DNA of 59,753 nucleotides, counting the filler. It is 3 parts of 3 records of this genome, joined end to end, with 100 filler letters (N's around TTAATTAATTAA, not from the genome) between each part and the next. Parts side by side here need not be neighbours in the genome. Positions count along the whole stretch, not along the records: positions 37,373 to 59,753 come from SRR31156797_3003; 2 more parts are not named here. One strand, given 5' to 3'. Under the pieces are notes generated by a model that was given only the letters and a program-made list of their open reading frames with translations, did not search any database and had not been told where the DNA came from. Shown here piece by piece: positions 39,038 to 48,990 of the stretch (positions are counted from its first letter, which is position 1; every line of letters begins with the position of its first letter). The position numbers were made by a program, and so were the translations under genes.

Positions 39038-41440
39038 TTACAAGAAAGCATTTTTGATTTGTAAGTAATCCAGGTAATATAACACTCTAATTGAAATGCT
39101 ATTTTTTCCAAGATCTGTGAAAGTGTTTTCCAGGTTCTGGCCAAAATCATTGATAATTTCATCAGTTTCCGCTGATATTTGATTCTTCCAAACTAATGAC
39201 ATTTCACTACCTGGAGCAAATTGCCAGGTATAAGCTAGATCAATATTAAAAGCATTATAATTTGTATTCGGATTTCCGTCATACCCATCATATGCTTCCA
39301 CAATTCCATTTTTATCAAGCAAATAAAACTTATTATAATCTACTCTTACCCAGTAATGTCTCAAATAAAATGAAAGTGATGAGTTGGGAGTGAATATATA
39401 ATCGATATTTATATTGTTTTCAATTTTTCGATACTTTCTACGACCAAATATTACTGTATCGGCATCATTGTTCCATACATGTCCCATAGAATTAAAACTA
39501 TCATCACCTTCTAACTCATACACCATCTGGAATCGATCTCCCAGTCGCACTCTTGGGCTAATGCTATACCATTGACCAGTTTGCTCATATTGGTTTGCAA
39601 TCCATCCTCCATATCGTAAATCAAGAGCGAACATTTTCCTGTAATCAGATGAAATCCAAAAGCTTGCGTTTTGCCAAGAAGCATCCTTAAACCGGTAACC
39701 ATCTACTCGAGGTTCAAAATAATTATAACCTTGTACGGGCTTTATAGTACTATTAAATCCAAGCGACAAATGCCTTTTTGTAGTTCCTCTTGTACTAAAA
39801 TTAATCCTCGCACTTTTAAATTGACTATAATCAAACATAGTATTATAACTTACGGACAAGTCATTATACCAGTTTAGCATTCTCCAAAATGGTTCCCTTT
39901 TAGCATAAGATATTTCGATATACTGGCTTCTTTCATTTGGACTTTGTAAGTAACCCATGTCGTTGGGGTCATAATTGCGACTCTCGGTGTTATGGTATAA
40001 TTCAAATCTAAAATTGCCTTTGATACGTGAGAATTGCACCCAATATTTATATCCAAAAGGGTCGTCTAAATCATATTTTTGACTCACTGCAGCGGCTCCC
40101 CTAACAGCAAATTCCTCCATAAATTCATACCTTAATTCTGTTCCTGTAGTATTGGCAACATATTCATCGCCAGGGCGGTGCAAATTGGTATTGATTAATG
40201 AGATATATGAATTCTCCTTTAAAACCTGTTCTATTACACTCACATTATAATTTGTAAATGGCTGCGTGGTATAATATTTTTTCTCATCTGTCATTGAATC
40301 TCTTAAAGTGGCTCTGGTAAACTGACTCATTGCATTAAGAAATCCAACATTAGTACCATTATCTGTCTTACCACTCAGTTTAGTTGCGTTAATTAGCTGT
40401 GTAGTAGAAGGATTCTCAACAACTCTCGCACTAATTTCGCCAGCATAATCAGCAACATCGTAAAAGTTTTTTGGGGTGGCGCCAATACGCCTGGAATAGA
40501 AAATACCAGCACGATTAAATAACTCCATTCCTTCTTTAAAAAATTCTCTATTTTCGCCGTAATAAGTTTCAAATGGTCCCAAGTTGAGTACTTCTTTATC
40601 TGAAATAACCTGTCCGAAATCAGGGATTAACATCATATCAAGGGTAAAACTCTCATTGATTCCATATTTAACATCCATTCCACCTTTCACTGAGTAACTG
40701 TTTTCTCCACCTTCATTCTCATAGTAAGCACTTAAATAGGGAATAAATGATAACCGTATAGGTGGCTCAACATCACTAATACCTGTCAGTATACCTGCCT
40801 GTTTATTGATTCCATCTACATTTATATCTACAAAATTCCAGGTGCTTTTTTCTCTTTTGCGTTGCAGCACACGTTCCATATTTATGCCCCACTCTTGATT
40901 TTTCTTCTTTGAAAAACGCAAAGCAGAATAAGGAATTCGCATTTCAACTCCCCACCCATCAGGTGTATGCATAACAGCAGATTCCCATACAGCATTCCAT
41001 CGATAATCATAACCGTTTGAAACCTTTACATCGACCTGAACACCACTTGCAGTTACGAAAAACCCAAAAGATTTACTGGCATCATTATATGGATCAATAT
41101 AAATTCCAAAATAATCGGCTAAGTTGAAATTGTCTCTTTGCCCCAAAGTTTTAGAAATTTCGTGTGGCTTGCTATCCTCCAAAAAGGCAGAAATATAAAG
41201 CGCATCATCATCATATAAAAAACGTACAAAAGTTTGTTCAGTTGGTTCATTACCATTGTAAGGACTATATTGAATAAAATGATTAGCCTTTGGTGTCATT
41301 AACCATTCAGCCTCCTTTAATGCTCCATCAATAGTAATATCTGCATTTATGCGTGTTGCGGTTGCAATCTTTTCGTTTTGACTAAAAAGTGAGTGTGTGC
41401 AAAAAACAATGCACACTATGCTGAGCAAATAGCGATTCAT
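39038..41440 (-). CDS. CBM9-like + DUF5916 outer-membrane protein
   Basis: IDG.L.E.EW, YDD.ALY, W..EMRIP.S.LRF, PDFGQV, E.R.FF.EG, FYSRRIG, KLSG; beta-barrel C-terminus. Confidence 0.85.
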   Translation of the reverse strand: MNRYLLSIVCIVFCTHSLFSQNEKIATATRINADITIDGALKEAEWLMTPKANHFIQYSPYNGNEPTEQTFVRFLYDDDALYISAFLEDSKPHEISKTLGQRDNFNLADYFGIYIDPYNDASKSFGFFVTASGVQVDVKVSNGYDYRWNAVWESAVMHTPDGWGVEMRIPYSALRFSKKKNQEWGINMERVLQRKREKSTWNFVDINVDGINKQAGILTGISDVEPPIRLSFIPYLSAYYENEGGENSYSVKGGMDVKYGINESFTLDMMLIPDFGQVISDKEVLNLGPFETYYGENREFFKEGMELFNRAGIFYSRRIGATPKNFYDVADYAGEISARVVENPSTTQLINATKLSGKTDNGTNVGFLNAMSQFTRATLRDSMTDEKKYYTTQPFTNYNVSVIEQVLKENSYISLINTNLHRPGDEYVANTTGTELRYEFMEEFAVRGAAAVSQKYDLDDPFGYKYWVQFSRIKGNFRFELYHNTESRNYDPNDMGYLQSPNERSQYIEISYAKREPFWRMLNWYNDLSVSYNTMFDYSQFKSARINFSTRGTTKRHLSLGFNSTIKPVQGYNYFEPRVDGYRFKDASWQNASFWISSDYRKMFALDLRYGGWIANQYEQTGQWYSISPRVRLGDRFQMVYELEGDDSFNSMGHVWNNDADTVIFGRRKYRKIENNINIDYIFTPNSSLSFYLRHYWVRVDYNKFYLLDKNGIVEAYDGYDGNPNTNYNAFNIDLAYTWQFAPGSEMSLVWKNQISAETDEIINDFGQNLENTFTDLGKNSISIRVLYYLDYLQIKNAFL

Positions 41441-41734
41441 AAATTCGTAGTTTCAATTTTTATTGCCGTTCCGCCCATTTGTAAGCAAAAAAGAAGCCAA
41501 AAGAAGCTTATAGACCCAAAATCAGCATAATAGAGCTTTTTATCCGAAATCATGATTTTTGTCATTATTTTTATTCCATAAAAGATTTTAATATCTTTAA
41601 TTACTTAATTATTTTCCGTTATTAAACTGAAAAACAACACCTTACCCCATCTAGTATTTTAAAAAGTTAGAAATTAATGTTTTAAGTAATAATTTGTAGC
41701 CTATATTTGCACTGCAAAAAAAGGGAAGAAAATA

Positions 41735-43063
41735 ATGAAGAAAGTGAAAAAACTCTATATTGAAACATACGGATGCCAAATGAACATTGCTGATAGCGAA
41801 GTAGTTGCATCTGTTTTAGGAGAACAAAACTATGAAGTAACTAAAAATGCAGATGAAGCAGATTTGGTGCTTATTAATACATGTTCAATTAGAGACAATG
41901 CAGAGCAACGCATATGGCACAGACTGGATGCTTTGAAGCACAATAAACGAATGAATCCAAACCTCAAGGTTGGTATAATAGGTTGTATGGCAGAACGTTT
42001 AGGCGAAAAGCTCGTCAAAAATGACGTGGTGAGTGTGGTAGCCGGTCCGGATACATATCGCAAATTACCTGAAATGATCTTAAAGGCTGATTTTGGTGAC
42101 ATAGCAGTAGATACAGAACTTTCTACAGCTGAAACATACCATGGTATTATGCCGAAAAGACTTGAAGATGGGTCGTTTAGTGGATTTGTCTCCATAAGCA
42201 GGGGTTGCAACAACTTCTGTACTTATTGTATTGTCCCTTACACAAGAGGAAGAGAGCGCAGTAGAGACCCTCAAGACATATTAAAAGAAGTAAATAAACT
42301 CATCAAAGAAGGGATAAAAGAAATCACATTATTGGGGCAAAACGTAAACTCATATAAGTGGGAACAAAATGGAGAAATTTTAGATTTTCCTGATCTTTTG
42401 AGGAGTGTATCAGAAACGGACACTAATGTACGTATTCGATTCACTACATCGCACCCAAAAGATATCTCAGATAAATTAATTCAAACTATAGCTGAAAAAG
42501 ATAACATTTGTAATCACATTCACCTACCAGTGCAATCCGGAAGTTCAAAAATCCTCAAATTAATGAACCGCAAGTATGATCGGGATTGGTATCTAGAGCG
42601 TATTAAAAAAATTAAATCACTAATACCTAATTGTGGTATTACTACCGATGTTTTCTGTGGATTCCATAACGAAACTGAAGAAGATCATAATGAAACCTTA
42701 TCGCTTATGCGAGAGGTAGGATATGACTGGGCATTTATGTTCAAATACAGTGAAAGAGAAGGAACCTACGCAGCAAAGCACTTACCTGATAATGTGCCGG
42801 AGGAAGTAAAATCTAAAAGACTTGAAGAAATCATTCAACTTCAACAGGAATTATCTTTAAAAAGCAATGAAGCAGATATAGGGAAAGTGTTTAAAGTTTT
42901 GGCTGAAGGTGTTTCAAAAAAATCTGCTGATGAATTATACGGTCGTAACGAGCAAAACAAAGTAATTATATTTCCTAAGGACAAATACATACCCGGGGAA
43001 TATGTGAATGTAAGAGTTACATCATGCTCATCAGCTACCTTGCGAGGAGAGTTAATTGTTTGA
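41735..43063 (+). CDS. miaB: tRNA-2-methylthio-N6-dimethylallyladenosine synthase
   Basis: ETYGCQMN..DSE, NTCSIR..AE, GCMAER, CNNFCTYC radical SAM motif, SHPKD, TRAM domain; TATATTTG at 41702. Confidence 0.95.
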   Translation: MKKVKKLYIETYGCQMNIADSEVVASVLGEQNYEVTKNADEADLVLINTCSIRDNAEQRIWHRLDALKHNKRMNPNLKVGIIGCMAERLGEKLVKNDVVSVVAGPDTYRKLPEMILKADFGDIAVDTELSTAETYHGIMPKRLEDGSFSGFVSISRGCNNFCTYCIVPYTRGRERSRDPQDILKEVNKLIKEGIKEITLLGQNVNSYKWEQNGEILDFPDLLRSVSETDTNVRIRFTTSHPKDISDKLIQTIAEKDNICNHIHLPVQSGSSKILKLMNRKYDRDWYLERIKKIKSLIPNCGITTDVFCGFHNETEEDHNETLSLMREVGYDWAFMFKYSEREGTYAAKHLPDNVPEEVKSKRLEEIIQLQQELSLKSNEADIGKVFKVLAEGVSKKSADELYGRNEQNKVIIFPKDKYIPGEYVNVRVTSCSSATLRGELIV

Positions 43064-43192
43064 AATGCTTATAAAAGCGTATTATAATTGAAATGAAAAT
43101 TCATGAAAAGTTGAATACAGAATTCATATTTAAAAAAAATTGGAAATTTCATTGATTGCAAGTAAATATTAAATAACATAAAAAACTAGACC

Positions 43193-43549
43193 ATGTCAGA
43201 CAATTTAAAAGCTTACCGTGAGTACCGTCAAGAAATGAATGATCGCATTCTGGAAGGTAACAACAAAGTAATTAAAAGACTTTTTAACCTTGACACAAAC
43301 ACTTACATGGACGGCGCACTTGATGCCAAAACAAAAGAAATGTTAGGCTTAGTTGCTTCCATGGTTTTGCGTTGCGATGATTGCATAAAATATCATATTG
43401 AGCAATGTCACAAGCTGGGAGTTACAAAAGAAGAAATTTTTGAAATTTACAGCGTAGCCAATATTGTTGGAGGTACTATTGTAATTCCTCATATGCGCAG
43501 AGCTGTTGAGTTTTGGGATGCTTTAGAAGAAGAAAAAGCAAACAGCTAG
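43193..43549 (+). CDS. Carboxymuconolactone decarboxylase/AhpD-family protein
   Basis: GALD.KTKE...L.AS..LRCDDCI.YH (CxxC-x2-H). Confidence 0.88.
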   Translation: MSDNLKAYREYRQEMNDRILEGNNKVIKRLFNLDTNTYMDGALDAKTKEMLGLVASMVLRCDDCIKYHIEQCHKLGVTKEEIFEIYSVANIVGGTIVIPHMRRAVEFWDALEEEKANS

Positions 43550-43636
43550 CACACGAACTTGACAAAATATGTTGTAGATCAGGAAAAATAATAATCTCCT
43601 GACTACAAGAACAATACAACAAAAACCATAAGATGC

Positions 43637-43661
43637 AAGGCTGCAAAACGCAGCCTTTTTT
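43637..43661 (+). terminator. Intrinsic terminator after the CMD gene
   Basis: AAGGCTGC-AAAAC-GCAGCCTTTTTT. Confidence 0.82.
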
Positions 43662-43744
43662 GCAATCATGACAAAAGGCATAATTCCAGTAAACATACAC
43701 TGGTATATTTGCGGCCAATAAACACAACCTGAAATAATAAAGAT

Positions 43745-44908
43745 ATGAAGCTATTTAACCTTAAGAACACTAGTTTTGTAGCCAAAAGGCGTTATGAAGC
43801 ATTCATTTTTTTACTTGTTTTTTTCGTCTTTTTCGGCATTTTAGGTCATAAAATGGGAACAGCCAATTTGCTTAACACCATTATGAATACGGCCTGGGAT
43901 CTACTTATGAACACCGTATTTTTCATTATGGGAATTACTGTACTTAGTGGTGCACTGGGTAAATTAATGATTGAGTTTGGTGTGGTAAGGTTACTTGAGT
44001 TTATACTGAAACCTTTCATGAGACCTATTTTCAAATTACCAGGTGTTTCAGCACTTGCAGGTCTAATGACATTCTTTTCCGACAATCCGGCTATTATTAG
44101 CCTGGCAAATGATAAAAACTTCAAAAAATACTTCAAAGAACATGAGCTTGTTTCATTGGCCAATTTCGGTACTGCCTTTGGAATGGGATTGATTGTGTTA
44201 ACATTTATGGCTGGTCTAGGTTTTTTTGGACCTGCGCTAGTTGGATTATTTGGTGCCGTTATTGGAGCTATTATCAGCACAAGATTAATGCAGCGTTTAA
44301 TATGTGGAAAACTTGAGTGTTACAAAGCACAGGAGGCAGAAAAAGGCGAAGACAATGAGATAAATTTCAAGTCTGAAGGGGGTACATTCCTCAGATTCCT
44401 TAATGCTTTACTTGATGGAGGTAAATCAGGTGTAGAGCTTGGTTTAGCAATTATTCCCGGTGTTTTGATTATTAGTACAATGGTTATGATCATAACTTTT
44501 GGACCTAAAGATGCCGCAATTGGTTACCAGGGCTTAGCCTACGAAGGAGTACCTATTCTACCAAAACTAGCCGGTTACATTAATGGTGTTTTTGAGTTTT
44601 TGTTTGGGTTCAAAAGTCCTGAACTAATTGCTTTCCCTATTACAGCATTAGGTGCTGTTGGAGCTGCCCTTTCATTGGTAAAAGCATTCGTTGCTGAAGG
44701 GTTAGTTACAGGAAACGTAATTGCCGTTTTTACGGCAATGGGTATGACATGGAGTGGATATTTAAGCACGCATACAGCAATGTTAGATACGTTAGGTCAT
44801 AGAGCATTGACATCAAAAGCTTTACTTGCACATACTATTGGAGGTATTGTTGCAGGGGTTGTGGCTAATTATATGTTTCAATTAGCTGTTTATATCGGAA
44901 TATTTTAA
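43745..44908 (+). CDS. Nucleoside-recognition Gate-domain membrane protein (putative transporter)
   Basis: Multi-TM; LPG, SDNPAII, NFGTAFGMG, GGKSGV, LGAVGAA, WSGYLSTH; TATATTTG at 43704. Confidence 0.72.
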   Translation: MKLFNLKNTSFVAKRRYEAFIFLLVFFVFFGILGHKMGTANLLNTIMNTAWDLLMNTVFFIMGITVLSGALGKLMIEFGVVRLLEFILKPFMRPIFKLPGVSALAGLMTFFSDNPAIISLANDKNFKKYFKEHELVSLANFGTAFGMGLIVLTFMAGLGFFGPALVGLFGAVIGAIISTRLMQRLICGKLECYKAQEAEKGEDNEINFKSEGGTFLRFLNALLDGGKSGVELGLAIIPGVLIISTMVMIITFGPKDAAIGYQGLAYEGVPILPKLAGYINGVFEFLFGFKSPELIAFPITALGAVGAALSLVKAFVAEGLVTGNVIAVFTAMGMTWSGYLSTHTAMLDTLGHRALTSKALLAHTIGGIVAGVVANYMFQLAVYIGIF

Positions 44909-47043
44909 GATTCTATAACGGGTAACCTCAGTGTAAACGTAGTTCCCCTGCTTTCTTCTGAGGTTACCCATATTTCTCCACCCATTAATTCAATTAGGTT
45001 TTTACTAATTGCAAGGCCAAGCCCAGCACCACGGTATACCTTTTTCCTGTTTTCTTCAATTTTACCAAATCGTTGAAAAATGATTGATAATTGCTCTTTG
45101 GTCATTCCAATTCCAGTATCTTCGACTTGTACCAATGCATATCGTTTATTATCAATTTCTTCAGGAGAACAAGAAATTTTAATATAACCTTTATCAGTAA
45201 ATTTCAGAGCATTATCAATCAAATTAGTTAATATTTGCTGAATCCTAATTGGATCTGCATTAACTAATTGGCGGGTTTTACATGGTGTAATTTCATCTAT
45301 TATCTCAATATCCTCTTTTTCAGACTGTTGTTGCTTCTTGTGAAAAATCGGACGAATTCTTTCCATAATATCCTTTAAATCCGTTGGTCTATTATTGATT
45401 GTAATCTGACCGGATTCTATTTTGGCCAAATCAATAATATCATCCATTAATCTCAGCAGTAACTCACTATTTGATTCAATAAATTTGCGATATTGAATTC
45501 TTTCAGTTTCTGAGGGATCACCTGAATTTAGTAACTCTGTAAAACCCATAATGGCATTCATAGGTGTACGAATTTCATGGCTCATGTTTGTAAGGAAAGA
45601 TGTTTTAAGCCTGTCACTTTCTTCTGCCTTGTCTTTAGCTTCTTTTAAATCTTTTGTACGCTCTCTAACCAATTCTTCAAGATGATTCCTATGCCGCTCA
45701 ATCTCAAACTTTTGTTTTGATATCTTTTTATTTTGTTCTTGTATAGTTGTATTTTTTGATTTTAACCTATTTCTATTGATCAACAGATTAATGATAAAGA
45801 TCAAAGCAATCGCAATTCCTATGATGCTAATTATCTGACGATTATTTAGCTTTTCAAGTTGTATTTCGTTTAATTTATTCTCTGCTTCCAGTTTAGATAT
45901 TTCCAATTTCTGATTTTCACTTTGATACTTCTCCTCAATCATCTTAACTTCTTTAATTCGATCAAGATTATATAAGCTATCTTCAAGTTTCACATGCTGC
46001 TTATAATAGTCAAAAGCTTCTTTGTGACGATTCAAACCTTCAAGCGCTATAGAAAGCTGTTTATAGGCATCACTTTTTTCAACTATTGTATTATACCTTT
46101 CTGAAACGGATAATGCCTTATGGGCAAAATAAAATGCACTATCATAGCTATTCGAATTATTGAATATCTCTGCAATCTGTGAAAATGTTAATGAAACAGC
46201 TCTTTTATTGCCAATTTTTTCATATAAACTTAGAGCCTTATTAAAATTATTTTTTGCTTTAATTCCTGCTCCCATTTCCATATAAGCTAACCCCAAACTA
46301 GTATAACAATTAGCCAAACCTTGAATATCTTCCAAACTATTATAAATATCAGAGGCTAGTCCAAATATACTTATTGCACTATCATATTTTCCCTTTTCAA
46401 TGAATATCAGTCCCATATTAGTATAGCATCCGGCAATACCATGCTCATCATTAAATTCTTTGCGAATTTTCAGAGATTTATCAAAGTATTCCAATGCTTT
46501 ATCAATCTCACCAAGTTGATATTGGAGGTTACCCATATTATTGTATGTTTTCCCCATCCCAGATCGGTCATTCAACATCACACGTAAATCCAATGACATC
46601 TGATATTGTCGCAATGATTCATAGTAATCTCCTTTGGCGCGGCGAAGAGCACCTATATTGTTATGAATTTTTGCTTTACCCAGGGTGTCATTGAGCTCAT
46701 CATATATATCCAATGCATTTTGATATTGAGCCAATGCACTATCCAATTCATTAATTCTATAAAATATATTCCCTTTGCTTTTATAATATTCAGCAATCTC
46801 AACTAAATCATTTAGTTCGAAGGCTAATTTTTTAGCAAGCTTAGCATATTTCATGGCAGAATCTGGATAAGATCTGCCAAGCACTAAAGCCAGGTCATTT
46901 GATGTTTTAAGAGAGTCTCTTTTGTTATCTGAATACTCAAGCCTATTCAACAGACTGTCAATTTGCCTCGACTGTGCATTTACAATCTGTAAAATGAAGC
47001 AAAAAAATAAAGATAACAATATGGTATACAAACGAATATACAT
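44905..47043 (-). CDS. Periplasmic TPR-sensor histidine kinase
   Basis: Signal peptide, TPR array, TM, FL.NMSHEIRTPMN, NL.DNALKFT, DTGIG, GAGLGLAI; no receiver domain. Confidence 0.92.
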   Translation of the reverse strand: MYIRLYTILLSLFFCFILQIVNAQSRQIDSLLNRLEYSDNKRDSLKTSNDLALVLGRSYPDSAMKYAKLAKKLAFELNDLVEIAEYYKSKGNIFYRINELDSALAQYQNALDIYDELNDTLGKAKIHNNIGALRRAKGDYYESLRQYQMSLDLRVMLNDRSGMGKTYNNMGNLQYQLGEIDKALEYFDKSLKIRKEFNDEHGIAGCYTNMGLIFIEKGKYDSAISIFGLASDIYNSLEDIQGLANCYTSLGLAYMEMGAGIKAKNNFNKALSLYEKIGNKRAVSLTFSQIAEIFNNSNSYDSAFYFAHKALSVSERYNTIVEKSDAYKQLSIALEGLNRHKEAFDYYKQHVKLEDSLYNLDRIKEVKMIEEKYQSENQKLEISKLEAENKLNEIQLEKLNNRQIISIIGIAIALIFIINLLINRNRLKSKNTTIQEQNKKISKQKFEIERHRNHLEELVRERTKDLKEAKDKAEESDRLKTSFLTNMSHEIRTPMNAIMGFTELLNSGDPSETERIQYRKFIESNSELLLRLMDDIIDLAKIESGQITINNRPTDLKDIMERIRPIFHKKQQQSEKEDIEIIDEITPCKTRQLVNADPIRIQQILTNLIDNALKFTDKGYIKISCSPEEIDNKRYALVQVEDTGIGMTKEQLSIIFQRFGKIEENRKKVYRGAGLGLAISKNLIELMGGEIWVTSEESRGTTFTLRLPVIES

Positions 47044-47147
47044 TACGTCAACTTTTACAACCTTAAGATATTGATTGTAAAGCGCATTAACAAATTTTTA
47101 AGAATTATTGTTTCTATAACAATACAAAATCAGTTAAAAATACCTGA

Positions 47148-47672
47148 TTATTGAAGTTGAGCTGCTACAAGGTTAAAGTTTTCCTCATCAAAACAAACCA
47201 ACTTTACTTTCTTGATTGAATCACTTGTTCGCAGAAACTCCCCAATAGCAGAAACAGAAAGTTGTGCAGCCAATTCTTTAGGAAATCGGTATACACCTGT
47301 GCTAATATTTGGGAAAGAAATAGTTTTGCAATTATTTTCTACTGCTACTTCTAATGAGTTTAAATAGCAATTTTTCAATAGTTGATTTTCAAACCCGGGA
47401 TTACGACCATAGATTGGGCCAACAGTATGAATTACAAACTCAGCAGGTAAATTTCCAGCTGTTGTGGCAACTGCTTTACCCGTAGGTAATTTCCCAATTT
47501 TTTGAATAATTACTTTACACTCATCCAAAATGGCTGGTCCACCAGCTCGGTGAATGGCACCATCAACACCTCCGCCTCCCATCAATCCTGAATTGGCGGC
47601 ATTAACAATGGCATCTACCTCAATTTTAGTAATATCTCCTTTTACAACTTCTATTCGATCCGAAAGACTCAT
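47148..47672 (-). CDS. ymdB: Macrodomain O-acetyl-ADP-ribose deacetylase (YmdB/MacroD type)
   Basis: GDIT...DAIVNAAN..L.GGGGVDGAIHRAGG, VIHTVGP, FPNISTGVY.FP. Confidence 0.92.
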   Translation of the reverse strand: MSLSDRIEVVKGDITKIEVDAIVNAANSGLMGGGGVDGAIHRAGGPAILDECKVIIQKIGKLPTGKAVATTAGNLPAEFVIHTVGPIYGRNPGFENQLLKNCYLNSLEVAVENNCKTISFPNISTGVYRFPKELAAQLSVSAIGEFLRTSDSIKKVKLVCFDEENFNLVAAQLQ

Positions 47673-47971
47673 AAAATATCTTTTAGAATATATTCAAAAA
47701 TTAGCCAACTCAAGAGCATACTGATTGCAAGACTAGCTATAGTTTTCAATAGATTGATTCTTTTTTCCTTACTCATTCGATTCTTAACCCTACTCCTAAC
47801 AGCTTCTTTTTCTTCCTGCGACAGTTCCCTTTCACGAAAACGCTTTCTTTTTGCAGGAAGTTTATTCATTCTATCTAAACTCCGATTATGTCTATTATGC
47901 AATTTATCTCTTAATGCTCTATTTTGCCTCATTCTATTGAGCATATCAAGCACATGTCCTGCTGAACTCAT
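47669..47971 (-). CDS. Small basic hypothetical protein with C-terminal TM
   Basis: Arg/Lys-rich body, hydrophobic C-terminus; ATGA-type overlap with the macrodomain gene. Confidence 0.7.
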   Translation of the reverse strand: MSSAGHVLDMLNRMRQNRALRDKLHNRHNRSLDRMNKLPAKRKRFRERELSQEEKEAVRSRVKNRMSKEKRINLLKTIASLAISMLLSWLIFEYILKDIL

Positions 47972-47981
47972 AGCTGAAATT

Positions 47982-48782
47982 TCAATGATTTAAATACCAG
48001 AGCACCGTATTATTAATAAAAACCTCAACCTGATCTTTTCTATATTTATCCGCCAACTTATTCAACTCAGTATAAGGTAAAATAGCTCCCTTCCAATTAC
48101 TATTCACTTCCCATGAGGCTATACCAATATCAGGCAATTCAAGATAATCCAGCTCTCCCTTTTTAGGATAACCAGCCACGTATAAATATGGACTATCCAC
48201 CATCTCATCTTTCATGGCAAATCCAAACCCAATTCCCATTTGATCATTAGGTTCAACATAAATCCCAGTATCAAAGTGATGTGGCCAGATCCGAATTTCA
48301 GCCTGCTTCTGCAACATTCCCAAACACATCATTGATGCCTCATTGGCTTGTCTTCTTATATATGACCAACGATTGATTGCTTCAGGATCAAATGCTTCAA
48401 TATTCTCATTCTTAAAATCATAATCAGGAATTTCATAGTGCATTTTCTCATTGAAACCCTCAGAATTTATTCCCATAATGGTCATAGAATCTGCTACTTC
48501 TTCTTCGATTTGCTCAATAGTCTTGTCAACATATTTGATTGCTGCAAAAGAAATCAGCTTGCGATTTACCCATTCAAAACTTTGAGTAAGTAAGTTCAGG
48601 GAAAAGATAATTGGACCATCATCTGTATAAATCCAACGGCCATATAATCTTTTAGTGGCCGGATCGAAAAACAGGTTGGTATGGCTGTCATCTTTTTGGG
48701 GTTCTACGTAAGTGCGGTTAATCTTTGCTATGATCTGTGAAAGAAAGTGAATCTTTTGATCAGTTATGTTATATAAGTCCAT
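47982..48782 (-). CDS. Hypothetical protein (DUF5996-like)
   Basis: DDSHT.L, WPHHFD, G.G....D.....PY.Y...P, W.GAIL motifs. Confidence 0.6.
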   Translation of the reverse strand: MDLYNITDQKIHFLSQIIAKINRTYVEPQKDDSHTNLFFDPATKRLYGRWIYTDDGPIIFSLNLLTQSFEWVNRKLISFAAIKYVDKTIEQIEEEVADSMTIMGINSEGFNEKMHYEIPDYDFKNENIEAFDPEAINRWSYIRRQANEASMMCLGMLQKQAEIRIWPHHFDTGIYVEPNDQMGIGFGFAMKDEMVDSPYLYVAGYPKKGELDYLELPDIGIASWEVNSNWKGAILPYTELNKLADKYRKDQVEVFINNTVLWYLNH

Positions 48783-48990
48783 AGTTTAATTTTGAAAAGC
48801 GAAAAGTTACGGAAAATGAGCATGCGATCAAAAAAAATCATTTTAGTGTTTCAAAAGCGCACTATTAAATGAACAAGCATTGCTTAATCCTCTAATTAAT
48901 AAATATTTGGAAATCACATTGTAAATTGTTAATTTTATAGTTTAGACAGTTATTTGTAAATGTTTTGGGTTATCTACAAAAAATAAAGCT

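Noticed and set aside
36615..47672. NUDIX + macrodomain as a joint ADP-ribose processing system
   Set aside because: The two genes are on different contigs from different phyla
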